NCBI GenBank assembly: GCA_963735035.1
Contig: CAVTJJ010000006.1
Location: forward strand, 96,001 to 160,000
Direction of reading: 5' to 3'
Source: an uncultured candidate division Zixibacteria bacterium
Lineage (GTDB): Bacteria > Zixibacteria > MSB-5A5 > GN15 > FEB-12
Length of the DNA: 64,000 nucleotides
Shown here: piece after piece, positions 28,748 through 38,724 of the stretch
Position numbering within the stretch: the stretch's first letter is position 1
How the letters are laid out: each line of letters begins with the position of its first letter
Translations under genes and position numbers: made by a program
Notes under the pieces: model-generated
The model's database searches: none
The model's input: only the letters and a program-made list of their open reading frames with translations
What the model was told of the DNA's origin: nothing

Positions 28748-30181
28748 TTAACCCACCGACCCTTCCATTTCAAGCGCGATCAGCCGATTCAACTCGACTG
28801 CATACTCGAGCGGTAATTCCTTGGTGAACGGTTCCATGAACCCATTGACGATCAGCAAGCGAGCTTCGTCTTCGGTCAGTCCACGGCTTTGGAGGTAGAA
28901 GAGCTGTTCTTCAGCCACTTTCGAGACGCGGGCTTCGTGCTCTACGCGCACCTGATCGTTGTCGATCTCCATTGTGGGGTAGGTATCGCTTCGGGCCTGT
29001 TCGCCAATTAGAAGAGCGTCGCACTCCACCGACACTTTGCAGTTGGTGGCGTTCTTGTGCACCTTCACCAGTCCACGGTAGGTTGCCCTGCCGTTGTTCT
29101 TGGAGATTGATTTTGAAGTAATCCGTGATGATGTATTCGGGGCGGCGTGAATTACCTTGGCGCCGGCGTCCTGATGCTGATCGGTCCCGGCAAAGGCCAC
29201 AGACAATATCTCGCCACGCGCCCCTTCGCCCACCAACTGGATGCAGGGATATTTCATGGTCAGACGGGAGCCGAGGTTACCGTCAACCCACTCAACGGTC
29301 GCATTCTTGTAGGCGCTTGAACGTTTGGTTACCAGGTTGTAGATGTTTCGCGACCAGTTCTGGATCGTCGTATAACGTATATAAGAGCCTTCGAGGGCGA
29401 TCACTTCCACCACGGCGGTGTGAAGCGAATCGGTCGAATAGATCGGTGCCGTACAGCCTTCTATATAGTGCACGCGGGAGCCTTTGTCGGCGATGATAAG
29501 CGTGCGCTCGAACTGACCCATGTTTTCGGCGTTGATCCGGAAATACGCCTGAAGAGGGGCGCGCACTTCCACACCCGGTGGTACGTAGATGAATGATCCG
29601 CCGGACCAGACCGCGGTGTTGAGCGCGGCGTACTTGTTGTCGGTAGGGGGGACGATCGTGCCAAAATATTTCTTCACGATATCGGGATGCTCTCTCAGAG
29701 CGGAATCCATGTCGAGGAAGATGATTCCCAGCTTCTTGAGGTCCTCCTGCATGGAGTGATATACGACTTCCGATTCGTATTGAGCCGAGACTCCGCCCAG
29801 GAATTTCTGCTCCGCATCGGGTATACCCAACCGGTCGAAGGTCTTCTTAATGTAATCGGGGACGTCTTCCCACGAGTCTTTCTGGTGCTCGATCGGCTTC
29901 ATGTAGTAATAGATGTTGTCGTAGTCGATCTCGCTCAGGAGCTTGGTGTCGCCCCACTGAGGAGTCGGTTTGGACAAGAAAGTATCGTACGCCTTGTGAC
30001 GGATATCCGTCATCCAGCGTGGTTCCTTCTTCATCCGTGAGATCATCTCAACCACTTCGTGGCTTATCCCACGGGCTCCCTTGTGGAAATAATCCACCGG
30101 ATCATGGAAGCCATACTTGGCTTCGTAATCGTCGTTTAGCTGCGACAGATCTTGTTTCTGAGTGTCAACCCGGTCAGCCAT
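28748..30181 (-). CDS. sufB: Fe-S cluster assembly protein SufB
   Basis: [56 protein letters not shown]. Confidence 0.95.
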   Translation of the reverse strand: MADRVDTQKQDLSQLNDDYEAKYGFHDPVDYFHKGARGISHEVVEMISRMKKEPRWMTDIRHKAYDTFLSKPTPQWGDTKLLSEIDYDNIYYYMKPIEHQKDSWEDVPDYIKKTFDRLGIPDAEQKFLGGVSAQYESEVVYHSMQEDLKKLGIIFLDMDSALREHPDIVKKYFGTIVPPTDNKYAALNTAVWSGGSFIYVPPGVEVRAPLQAYFRINAENMGQFERTLIIADKGSRVHYIEGCTAPIYSTDSLHTAVVEVIALEGSYIRYTTIQNWSRNIYNLVTKRSSAYKNATVEWVDGNLGSRLTMKYPCIQLVGEGARGEILSVAFAGTDQHQDAGAKVIHAAPNTSSRITSKSISKNNGRATYRGLVKVHKNATNCKVSVECDALLIGEQARSDTYPTMEIDNDQVRVEHEARVSKVAEEQLFYLQSRGLTEDEARLLIVNGFMEPFTKELPLEYAVELNRLIALEMEGSVG

Positions 30182-30182
30182 G

Positions 30183-30950
30183 TTAGACCCCGGCTTTCTG
30201 GGCCATTTCTGTTTCGACCCATTCATACCCGTTGGCTTCCAGCTTCAGAGCCAATTCCGGGCCACCGGACTTGACCAGTTGTCCGTCCATCATCACGTGA
30301 ACGTAGTCCGGTTTGATATAGTTGAGCAGCCTCTGGTAGTGAGTAACCAGAAGGATGCCATTGTGCTCATTGTGGAAGCGGTTGATTCCCTCGGCGACCG
30401 TCTTGAGAGCATCGATGTCCAGGCCAGAATCGGTCTCGTCCAGAATTGCCATTTTCGGCTGAAGTATGGCCATCTGGAGAATCTCGATCTTCTTCTTTTC
30501 GCCGCCGGAGAAACCGTCGTTCAGATATCTGGTCGCGAAAACTTCGTCCACGCCGAGAGCTTTCATCTCGCTCTTGAGAAGCTTGCGGAAATCGGTCATG
30601 TCGGCGCCGGGTCCGCGATGCGCCTGCAAGGCAGTACGCAGGAAATTGGCCACCGTCACGCCCGGAATCGCAACCGGATACTGGAAGGCGAGGAAGAGGC
30701 CGGCACGGGACCGTTCGTCAGATTTCATACCGATCAGGTTCTGTCCGTCGAGGATGGCGGTTCCTGAAGTAATCGCGTAGGCAGGATGTCCGGCCAGAGC
30801 GTTCGACAGCGATGACTTCCCGGAGCCGTTCTTGCCCATGACTGCGTGTATTTCGCCCGGCCGCACGGTCAGGGAGACGCCCTTGACAACTTCTTTGTTT
30901 TCGACCGTGACGTGAATGCCATTGAATTCAAACAGAGACTTGGTGTTCAT
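30183..30950 (-). CDS. sufC: Fe-S cluster assembly ATPase SufC
   Basis: [41 protein letters not shown]. Confidence 0.95.
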   Translation of the reverse strand: MNTKSLFEFNGIHVTVENKEVVKGVSLTVRPGEIHAVMGKNGSGKSSLSNALAGHPAYAITSGTAILDGQNLIGMKSDERSRAGLFLAFQYPVAIPGVTVANFLRTALQAHRGPGADMTDFRKLLKSEMKALGVDEVFATRYLNDGFSGGEKKKIEILQMAILQPKMAILDETDSGLDIDALKTVAEGINRFHNEHNGILLVTHYQRLLNYIKPDYVHVMMDGQLVKSGGPELALKLEANGYEWVETEMAQKAGV

Positions 30951-30979
30951 ATATTTCAATCCTAATGAGTGTGTTCTCT

Positions 30980-31492
30980 CTAAACGTTGGGGTCAAAACC
31001 CGCTATCTGTTTCAAATCGGCGGGGCCGCCCAGTGTTCCGGCGGACATGCGTTCTGCTTTCACGGCCGTTAGCAACGACTGACCCTGAGCCAGATCCTGA
31101 AGCGTCATCCGGCTGAGGAACTCTCTAACATATCCCGCCAGGCTGCCCAGTACGTCATGGACGGAGCAGTTCTCCAGGTGAATGCACTGATCAAGCTGAC
31201 CCGAATGCTTCTGGCAATGGGCGGGATCGATCAGCGGTCCGCCCAGAACTTCGAGTACTTCGTAGACGCTGATCTGATCGAGCGGGCGGGGGATGGAGAA
31301 ACCGCCGGAGCGTCCGCGTTCAGCCGTCACCAAGCCAGCTTTGCGAAGAATCGCCAGCAGCTTCGAGACATAAGGGACCGACAATCCTTCCCGCTCGGCT
31401 ATGTCCGGGATGGACAATTGCTTTCCGGGACCCTGCTGGGCCAGTGCCAGAAGGCACCTCAGACCGTACTCTTCAACTGCAGTTATTCTCAT
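30980..31492 (-). CDS. Rrf2-family (IscR-like) transcriptional regulator
   Basis: EYGLRCLL.LA, YVSKLL..LRKAGLV...RG..GG, three Cys (C..HSG..DQC...ENC); heads the suf operon. Confidence 0.88.
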   Translation of the reverse strand: MRITAVEEYGLRCLLALAQQGPGKQLSIPDIAEREGLSVPYVSKLLAILRKAGLVTAERGRSGGFSIPRPLDQISVYEVLEVLGGPLIDPAHCQKHSGQLDQCIHLENCSVHDVLGSLAGYVREFLSRMTLQDLAQGQSLLTAVKAERMSAGTLGGPADLKQIAGFDPNV

Positions 31493-31547
31493 ACTAGGAC
31501 TTCACCGATCCATTCTTCTTGTTTTGCCTCAGCGAGTCGTCGCCGCT

Positions 31548-31576
31548 ATACTACTAAAACAATACAGTATTGTAAA
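31548..31576 (-). promoter_or_regulatory. sigma70 promoter of the rrf2-suf operon with overlapping AT-rich inverted repeat (putative Rrf2 operator)
   Basis: Minus strand TTTACA-N17-TAGTAT; ATACT-N13-AGTAT dyad over the spacer and -10. Confidence 0.6.
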
Positions 31577-31662
31577 GTATTCTTTTCGACTCTTCTAACA
31601 TTTTCTTGAAGTACTGGTTCCGAACAGTCTTTCCGGAGGCCCAATCGGGGCCGAAACTTCCC

Positions 31663-31691
31663 TTGACTCATTTGTTTGAGTGGCGTATTAT
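31663..31691 (+). promoter_or_regulatory. sigma70 promoter of the manC-led operon
   Basis: TTGACT-N17-TATTAT, 37 nt upstream of the ATG. Confidence 0.65.
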
Positions 31692-31728
31692 CTGCCGATC
31701 AGATAGCCCAGCGCACAGGAAAACGATT

Positions 31729-32808
31729 ATGATTCATGGAGTTATTCTGGCAGGCGGCCGGGGAGAGCGGTTTTGGCCGCTGTCGCGTGCTAATAAGCCC
31801 AAGCAGTTCTTGAAGTTAACGTCGGACAAGACTATGCTCGAGGAGACCATTGTCCGTGTCCGACCATTAATACCTCTGGAACGGGTCCGGATCGTGGCCA
31901 ACGAGACCATGAGCCAGCATATTTTGGCCTCGGCCGATCAAATCTTCCCTAAGAACGTGCTGACGGAGCCTCGCGGTCGCAACACCTGCCTGGCCATCGG
32001 ACTTGCCGCCGTTCACCTGCATCACGAAGACCCCGACGCCACCATGGTCGTATTGTCTTCGGACCATCTTATCCGGCCAGCGGAGAAACTGGTCAAGATT
32101 ATCGAAGATGCCTGTGCTATCGCGGCGGCCGACAAATGCCTCATCACGATCGGCATCGTACCCACCCGGCCTGAGACCGGTTACGGCTATATTAAGATTG
32201 GCGAACAATTCCGCTCCGACCTGGAGAACCAGGTGTACCACGTAGCCGCTTTCACGGAAAAACCGAAAGAGGTCGTGGCGCAGGAGTACTACTACAATCG
32301 GAACTATCTCTGGAATTCGGGGATGTTTGTCTGGCGGGCGGATGCGATTCTGAGCGCCATTAAAGAATGTCGGAGCGAGATCGGGCGACTGCTCGATGAG
32401 TACGCCCACGCGGTCGGGACACCTTCAGAGCTGTCGGCGCGAGAGAAACTATATGCTCGGGCCGAGTCGATTTCTATCGACTACGCTGTGCTCGAGACGG
32501 CCCGCAACGTGTTGGCGATCCGGGCCGACATTGTCTGGGACGACGTGGGAAGCTGGCTGGCGCTGCAGCGCTACAAGGACGTCGATGGCGACAACAACGT
32601 GGTCATAGGCGAAGCCATCCTGCGCGACACATATGAAACGACGATCTACAATGACTCACCCGGCATTATCGCCGCACTGGGTCTTTCAGACCTGGTCGTG
32701 GTCAGGGCCGGTGATATTACCCTGGTGGCGCACAAGTCGAAGCTGGGCGATCTGAAAAAGCTCTTGCAGGAAATTGGGGACAATGAGTCCACTAAGAAAT
32801 ATCTGTAG
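31729..32808 (+). CDS. manC: Mannose-1-phosphate guanylyltransferase
   Basis: ILAGG.GERFWPLSR..KPKQFL, EP.GRNT, SDH, PETGYGYI, FTEKP, WNSGMF, SIDYAVLE, WDDVGSW. Confidence 0.92.
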   Translation: MIHGVILAGGRGERFWPLSRANKPKQFLKLTSDKTMLEETIVRVRPLIPLERVRIVANETMSQHILASADQIFPKNVLTEPRGRNTCLAIGLAAVHLHHEDPDATMVVLSSDHLIRPAEKLVKIIEDACAIAAADKCLITIGIVPTRPETGYGYIKIGEQFRSDLENQVYHVAAFTEKPKEVVAQEYYYNRNYLWNSGMFVWRADAILSAIKECRSEIGRLLDEYAHAVGTPSELSAREKLYARAESISIDYAVLETARNVLAIRADIVWDDVGSWLALQRYKDVDGDNNVVIGEAILRDTYETTIYNDSPGIIAALGLSDLVVVRAGDITLVAHKSKLGDLKKLLQEIGDNESTKKYL

Positions 32809-33418
32809 CTTCCCGGCCGCAGCCCTGGTCGTCGTGCTTTTGACAGGGTGCATGAAGCCTCAGGTGACGATTATCGAACAAGCCGATTCTGTTTCGTCGG
32901 CTACGGTTGACCCACGTGGCTATGATCCCCTGGAACTGCCTCGTGACCGGGAGATTGTCCCGGCGCTCTTCCCTCGATCCGGTGACATTATTGGCAAGCA
33001 GGTGATTGTAGAGAAGAACCCGACGACGTCGGGCTCCGATACCGTTGCCTTTGAGGGGGGGCCGACAACCAGGACCTTCGACACTCTTAACAGCCAGTCG
33101 TATCGGGTGCAGGTGTTCACCGGTCTGGTATATGGCGAAGCCAGACAGGTGGCCAGGGTGGCCGAAGAAATCTTCGACCAGCCGGTGTATGTAGATTACG
33201 AGGTGCCCAATTTCAAAGTGCGTATCGGCAACTGGCCGGACCGGGCCTCGGCCGAAAAATACCAGCAAAAAGCGCGGGCGGTTGGCTACACCAACGCCTG
33301 GGTGGTCATGGCAGGGGTGAATATCAGAGAAGTTGCGCCTCTCTATGATGACCTTACTGGCAAATCCGGCGTCGGTGCTGACAGTACCGGGGATTCGGTT
33401 TCCGTCGATGGTCGCTGA
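32783..33418 (+). CDS. SPOR-domain lipoprotein
   Basis: Lipobox LLTGC; YRVQVF...FKVRIG.W.DR..AE...GY.NAWVV. Confidence 0.75.
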   Translation: MSPLRNICSFPAAALVVVLLTGCMKPQVTIIEQADSVSSATVDPRGYDPLELPRDREIVPALFPRSGDIIGKQVIVEKNPTTSGSDTVAFEGGPTTRTFDTLNSQSYRVQVFTGLVYGEARQVARVAEEIFDQPVYVDYEVPNFKVRIGNWPDRASAEKYQQKARAVGYTNAWVVMAGVNIREVAPLYDDLTGKSGVGADSTGDSVSVDGR

Positions 33419-34049
33419 ACCGGTACTAAGAGTTGATCCGGTCAATCCGGCTGAGACAATTCTGGAGAGAACGGCTGCGGTCCTGAGGCAGGGAGGTCTG
33501 GTGGTGGCTCCCACGGAGACTCGCTACGGCCTGCTGGCCAGGGCTGATCGGCAGGCGCCACTAGAGCGCGTGTACCGGGTCAAGAAACGAAGTTTGAACC
33601 AGGCGACCGCTATTTTGGTGCGCAGCCGGGAGGAATTAGCGATACTCGGAGTGCTGACTCCGGCAGCTCGTCGGCTTTCGACGGCGTTCCTGCCGGGTCC
33701 GCTGACACTGGTGTTGACCGCAAGGCAAGATTGGCCGCCGCCTCGGGTGGTGGACGGAAAGATCGGTCTGAGGTTGTCCTCGTCTCCGGTTATCGAAGGG
33801 CTGCTGAGCCGACTCGATTTTCCGTTGACCGCGACTTCGGCAAATATCTCCGGACAGGCAGACCCGGACGGTGTAGAAGAAATAGTGTCCCAGTTTGGCG
33901 ACTTAGTTGATTTGTATCTCGATGCCGGACCGTTGACCGGGTTAACATCGACCGTAGTTGATTGCTCCGTCGATCCCGCAGAGATCCTGCGTGAGGGAGC
34001 CGTCGCGAGGAAAGACATTGAAAGCTTGCTGAGTCGAATAGATGGCTGA
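33408..34049 (+). CDS. tsaC: L-threonylcarbamoyladenylate synthase (Sua5/YrdC)
   Basis: PTET.YGL, K.R, PGPLTLVL, TATSANISG, STVVD, LREGA. Confidence 0.9.
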   Translation: MVAEPVLRVDPVNPAETILERTAAVLRQGGLVVAPTETRYGLLARADRQAPLERVYRVKKRSLNQATAILVRSREELAILGVLTPAARRLSTAFLPGPLTLVLTARQDWPPPRVVDGKIGLRLSSSPVIEGLLSRLDFPLTATSANISGQADPDGVEEIVSQFGDLVDLYLDAGPLTGLTSTVVDCSVDPAEILREGAVARKDIESLLSRIDG

Positions 34050-34542
34050 CGTTAAGAAATACATGGTTTTGTTTGTGTGCAGCGGCAACACTTGTCGCTC
34101 ACCCATGGCGGAATATGCGCTGCGCATGCTCCTGGAAAAGGATCGCCCCGGTCTGGCGGAAGTGATGTCGGCCGGAACGCTCGGGTTGCGGAATCAGCCG
34201 GCTACGCTGTATGCCCAGGAAGCCGCTAAGATTTGGGATCTCGACCTATCGAAACATCGGTCGCAGGCGCTGACCCAGGAATTGATCGCGCAGGCCGATC
34301 TCATCTTCGCGATGACAGCCGATCACCATGCCGAGATTGTCAAACTGGATCGCCGGGCGGCCGACAAGACTTATTTATTGAAGAACTTCCCCGACAAGTC
34401 ACCTGAGGGTGAAGCTGTGGCCGATCCGATCGGGATGGAGCTGGAGTACTACAACGAAGTTTTTCTTGAAATCGGCGAGTATCTGGGCAAACATCTTCCC
34501 GAAATTGTCAAACTGGTAGATTCGAAGCGAGATGGTCGGTAA
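34042..34542 (+). CDS. Low-molecular-weight protein phosphatase, YwlE-like (protein-arginine phosphatase)
   Basis: FVCSGNTCRSPMAE P-loop with Thr, SAGT, DLIFAM, VADPIG; adjacent to sua5, like Bacillus ywlC/ywlE. Confidence 0.8.
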   Translation: MADVKKYMVLFVCSGNTCRSPMAEYALRMLLEKDRPGLAEVMSAGTLGLRNQPATLYAQEAAKIWDLDLSKHRSQALTQELIAQADLIFAMTADHHAEIVKLDRRAADKTYLLKNFPDKSPEGEAVADPIGMELEYYNEVFLEIGEYLGKHLPEIVKLVDSKRDGR

Positions 34543-35368
34543 GAAGTTTATAGTTCACGGCGTTCTGCTCGTGCTCCTCTTTATCGGGTTGTTCCCGATC
34601 TTCTATTTCTCAGCTCTCAGGCTGGGCCAGGCCGAAGCGGCTCAGGGTGAACCGATCACGGACACGACGAATCCGATTGGTCGTTCAGTCGATAACATGG
34701 CTTTCGGGGTTGGGGAGAAGCTTTCCTTCGAAATCAAGTATGGATTTATCAGCGCCGGTACTGCCACGATGGAAGTCTCCCGGCTAGTCGAGTATGAGGG
34801 GCGTCCGTGCTATCAGATCGTTACCAAGGCCAACTCCAACAGTTTCTTCTCGAGCGTCTATAAGGTCGAGGACCGGGTCGAGTCGATTATGGATGCAGCC
34901 GGTTTGTATTCATGGAGATTCGAGAAGATATTGCGCGAGGGCAACTATCGTTCCGACCGTCAATACGATTTGGATCAACGCAACCACCGGGTGATAAACA
35001 AGAACGACACGATTTCAATCCCGTCTTTCACTCAGGATGCTCTCTCAACTATGTACTACGTTCGAACCCAGCCGCTTGAGGTGGGGAAGTCAGTTTTCAT
35101 CGATGACTTCATTGACGGCAAGCTGTACCATCTCGAAGCCAAGGTACTCGACCGGGAAACGGTCACGGTGGAAGCAGGCTCGTTTGATTGCTTTGTGATC
35201 GAGCCGATTACCCAATCGGTCGGTATTTTCAAACATGAGGGAAAGCTGAAAATCTGGCTGACCGCCGATCGACTTCGCATGCCGGTACTCATGAAATCAA
35301 AAGTAATGGTCGGTTCCATAGCGGTCGAACTGACCGACTACAAGTTGGGCAGTCTCGAAGAATTCTAA
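34532..35368 (+). CDS. DUF3108-domain protein
   Basis: N-terminal TM; F.VGEKL.F.IKYGFI.AG, YKVEDR.ES, QDALS..YY.R, TVEAG.FDC, IWLT.D..R.PV. Confidence 0.75.
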   Translation: MVGKKFIVHGVLLVLLFIGLFPIFYFSALRLGQAEAAQGEPITDTTNPIGRSVDNMAFGVGEKLSFEIKYGFISAGTATMEVSRLVEYEGRPCYQIVTKANSNSFFSSVYKVEDRVESIMDAAGLYSWRFEKILREGNYRSDRQYDLDQRNHRVINKNDTISIPSFTQDALSTMYYVRTQPLEVGKSVFIDDFIDGKLYHLEAKVLDRETVTVEAGSFDCFVIEPITQSVGIFKHEGKLKIWLTADRLRMPVLMKSKVMVGSIAVELTDYKLGSLEEF

Positions 35369-35372
35369 GCTT

Positions 35373-36335
35373 ATGGCGAAATCTTCCAAGCCCTATCGTC
35401 CGGTCGATTTGTCTCATGTCAAGCGGTACTCCTTGGCGCGTCGCCGAAACAAAGCGACTCCGGACCGGTTCGGCCGGCCGCTGCCGGCGACAGCGCAGAC
35501 TGGTCGTTTCTTTGAGTCGCTCCCGAAGTATCTTAAGGCAGCCGACCTCAACGCATTTATTGAGCGGGTCGCGCAGGCCCGTGCGAAAGGCCGACCGTTT
35601 CATCTGCTCATGGGGGCGCATCCGATCAAAGTAGGGTTGTCGCCGATCATCATTGACCTGATGAAACGACAGATTGTGACCGGACTGTCTTTCAATGGCG
35701 CCGGCCTGATTCACGATCTCGAGCTGGCTCACTTCGGAGGGACTTCGGAAGACGTCCAGGAAGGGCTATCCGATGGAAGTTTCGGCATGCTGACCGAGAC
35801 GGCCGAGCTGTACGCCGAAGTCTGTGATGTCGCAGTGGCGCGACGCCGTGGTCTCGGGGACGCGGCCGGTTGTCTGGTCGAACATCATAAGGCTCCCGGT
35901 CGGAAGATGTCGCTGTTTGCCGCCGCCTACCGTTTGGGTCTGCCTGTCACGGTTCACGTGGGGATCGGCACCGATATCGTTTCCCAGCACCCTGATTTCG
36001 ACGGCGCCAAAGCGGGAGAAGCCTCCCATCGCGATTTTCGAATCCTGGCCGCGGTCTGCGCCGATCTTGACAGAGGCGGCGTTCTGGCCAATATTGGCTC
36101 GGCCGTGATGCTTCCGGAAGTCTTCCTTAAGGCGCTGACGGTGGCTCGAAACCTGCATCCGGGAAAGAGCCGGCTGACTACGGCCAATTTTGATATGATC
36201 GAGCACTACCGTCCGAGAGTAAACGTGGTGACCCGCCCGACCCAGGGCGCCGGCAAAGGTTACAATTTTGTCGGCCATCACGAAATCATGCTCCCGTTGC
36301 TCGCCTGGGGTTTGAAAAGTCGGGTCGATAAGTAA
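35373..36335 (+). CDS. Conserved hypothetical protein, deoxyhypusine-synthase-like fold (GSU2086-like)
   Basis: MGAH.IKVGL, NGAG.IHD.E, TSEDV, VHV.IGTDI, GSAV.LPEVFLKAL, GHHEIM.PLL. Confidence 0.6.
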   Translation: MAKSSKPYRPVDLSHVKRYSLARRRNKATPDRFGRPLPATAQTGRFFESLPKYLKAADLNAFIERVAQARAKGRPFHLLMGAHPIKVGLSPIIIDLMKRQIVTGLSFNGAGLIHDLELAHFGGTSEDVQEGLSDGSFGMLTETAELYAEVCDVAVARRRGLGDAAGCLVEHHKAPGRKMSLFAAAYRLGLPVTVHVGIGTDIVSQHPDFDGAKAGEASHRDFRILAAVCADLDRGGVLANIGSAVMLPEVFLKALTVARNLHPGKSRLTTANFDMIEHYRPRVNVVTRPTQGAGKGYNFVGHHEIMLPLLAWGLKSRVDK

Positions 36336-36357
36336 ATCGACCGCGGAGTCTTTCGAA

Positions 36358-37884
36358 ATGGCCAAGCTGGTTGAATGTGTTCCCAATTTCTCTGAGGGGC
36401 GTCGCCCCGAAGTCGTCAAAGCTATCGTAGCCGCTATTGAGGCGGGAGATTCCGTCAAAGTCATAGACTATGAAATGGACGCCGATCACAATCGGGCGGT
36501 GGTTACTTTCGTCTGCCACCCGAACCTGGCCGTCGATGCCGCCTTTCGCGGCTACAAGAAAGCGGCCGAATTGATCGACATGAGCAGCCACACCGGAGGT
36601 CACCCGCGGATGGGCGCCTGTGATGTTTGCCCGTTTATACCTCTGGGTGAAACCACTGAAGAAGAAGCTATCGAGCTAGCCCACAACCTGGGTAAGAGGG
36701 TGGGGGAAGAACTTCAGATTCCGGTCTATCTGTACGAGAAGGCCGCTACGAGTCCGAAACGCCGCAACCTGGCCAACGTCCGGCAGGGACAGTACGAAGG
36801 CATTCGGGACAGCATCGAGACTGACCCGGCCCGCAGACCGGACTATGGTCCCGCTAAGATGAATCTCAAGTCCGGCGCCACGGCGATCGGGGTCAGGTTC
36901 TTCCTGGTGGCGTTCAATGTCTATCTCGATTCCAACAAGCTGGAGATCGCACAAAAGATCGCCGATGCGGTTCGCTCGATCAAAGGCGGCTATCGGTTCG
37001 TCAAGGCGATGGGTGTGGAGATCAAGGATCGTAATCAGGTGCAGATTTCGATGAACCTGGTGGATTTCTCACGGACGCCTGTATTCAGAGTGTTTGAGAC
37101 GATCAAGAGCGAAGCGGCCCGCTACGGTGTCAACGTGGTGTCGTCCGAGATAGTCGGCATGATACCCAACGATGCCCTCGTTGCGGTATCCGACTTCTAT
37201 ATGCGCTTTGAGCACTTTTCCAAAGAGCAAATCCTTGAAGAAAAGCTGGCCAGTCTGGCGCCAGGCGGCGGATCAGGCGGCCCCAGTTTCTACGATGAGG
37301 TCGCGTCGGTATCGCCCGCCCCCGGTGGCGGTTCGGTGGCGGCGTCGGCGGGGGCCCTGTCGGCCGCGCTGGCAGCGATGGTGGGACGATTGACCATCAC
37401 GAAGAAGAAATACGCCGATGTGAAAGATGAAATGGCGGCGGTTCGCGACCAGGCCGATGGACTTCGGTCTGAACTGACCCGGCTTATCGACACCGACAAA
37501 GATGCTTTTATGTCAGTCATGGCCGCTTTCAAGCTGCCCAAGGGTTCTGAAGAGCAGCAGATTCTGCGCGATAAGACAGTCCAGGAAGCCACCCAACGCG
37601 CCGCCCAGGTGCCGCTGGATGTCATGAAGAAATCGCTCGCGGCTCTGCAACTCGCGAGAGTTGTTGCTGAGAAGGGGAATGAGAACTCTATAACTGACGC
37701 GGGCGTGGCCGGCCTTATGGGACTGGCGTCGGTGGAAGGCGCCCGGTATAACGTCCGCATCAATTTGACTTCGCTTACCGACCCGGCCTTCGTAGAACAT
37801 CTCAAGACCGAATCCGACAAGGTGGTCGGTGAGGCTCGGGATGTGGCCGCTCATATCCGCAAAATGGTGGAAGCCAAGCTTTAG
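36358..37884 (+). CDS. ftcD: Bifunctional glutamate formimidoyltransferase / formiminotetrahydrofolate cyclodeaminase
   Basis: ECVPNFSEGR, DADHNR.V, HPRMGA.DV.PF.P, then PAPGGGSV and N.NSITDAGV...NV.INL. Confidence 0.92.
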   Translation: MAKLVECVPNFSEGRRPEVVKAIVAAIEAGDSVKVIDYEMDADHNRAVVTFVCHPNLAVDAAFRGYKKAAELIDMSSHTGGHPRMGACDVCPFIPLGETTEEEAIELAHNLGKRVGEELQIPVYLYEKAATSPKRRNLANVRQGQYEGIRDSIETDPARRPDYGPAKMNLKSGATAIGVRFFLVAFNVYLDSNKLEIAQKIADAVRSIKGGYRFVKAMGVEIKDRNQVQISMNLVDFSRTPVFRVFETIKSEAARYGVNVVSSEIVGMIPNDALVAVSDFYMRFEHFSKEQILEEKLASLAPGGGSGGPSFYDEVASVSPAPGGGSVAASAGALSAALAAMVGRLTITKKKYADVKDEMAAVRDQADGLRSELTRLIDTDKDAFMSVMAAFKLPKGSEEQQILRDKTVQEATQRAAQVPLDVMKKSLAALQLARVVAEKGNENSITDAGVAGLMGLASVEGARYNVRINLTSLTDPAFVEHLKTESDKVVGEARDVAAHIRKMVEAKL

Positions 37885-37887
37885 TAC

Positions 37888-38724
37888 ATGCCCGACTGTA
37901 TCGATCTTCATTTGCATACGACTCTTTCCGATGGCGCCCTGACTCCGGCGGAATTGCTGGACAAGGTGCGCGCGGCATCGCTCGCGGCGTTCGCGGTGGC
38001 GGATCACGATACGGTCGAAGGGTATCGCCAGATGCGGACGCTGCTTGTCAAGGGTGACCCGGAACTGGTGACCGGACTCGAATTGTCGGTCTCAGTGAAT
38101 GGTTCCGATCTGCACATGCTGGCTTATTTGTTCGACCCCGATTATGACGAACTCGCTGAGACGCTGGGTAGATTTCAGGAAGCACGGAACCTGAGGGGGG
38201 ATAAGATGGTAAAAAAGCTAAATGAGCAGGGTTTGAACCTGCGGTTCGAAGCGGTGCTGAAAGCCGCCAACGGGTCGGCTATCGGACGACCGCACATTGC
38301 CGAAGCAATGGTCAAGCAGGGATTGGTGGGAAGTTTTGAAGAGGCTTTCCGCAAACATATCGGAGACCATCGTCCGGCGTATATTCCAAAAAGTATGATA
38401 AGTCCAGAGGAAGCCATTTCATTGATTCATCGCGCCGGCGGTCTCGCCGTGTTGGCTCATCCTTACATCAATGACATGCACCGATTTGTGCCGTCACTGG
38501 TCCAGCAGGGCCTCGACGGACTGGAAGTATACCACTATTCCAATAACCTCCAGCAAGTGCAGGAACTCAAGCGGCTGGCCGCAAGACACAATCTCCTTAC
38601 GACCGGTGGGTCGGATTTTCATGGCCGACAGGAGCACGAAGGGGAAATAGGGGCGTATCAGGTACCGATCGAGTACCTTACTGCCATGAGAGAACGCGTC
38701 CTTGAAATTCGAGGCAGAGTTTGA
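37888..38724 (+). CDS. PHP-domain phosphoesterase (TrpH/YciV-like)
   Basis: DLHLHTT.SDG, DHDT, GRPHIA, VLAHP, GLEVYH, TGGSDFHG. Confidence 0.88.
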   Translation: MPDCIDLHLHTTLSDGALTPAELLDKVRAASLAAFAVADHDTVEGYRQMRTLLVKGDPELVTGLELSVSVNGSDLHMLAYLFDPDYDELAETLGRFQEARNLRGDKMVKKLNEQGLNLRFEAVLKAANGSAIGRPHIAEAMVKQGLVGSFEEAFRKHIGDHRPAYIPKSMISPEEAISLIHRAGGLAVLAHPYINDMHRFVPSLVQQGLDGLEVYHYSNNLQQVQELKRLAARHNLLTTGGSDFHGRQEHEGEIGAYQVPIEYLTAMRERVLEIRGRV

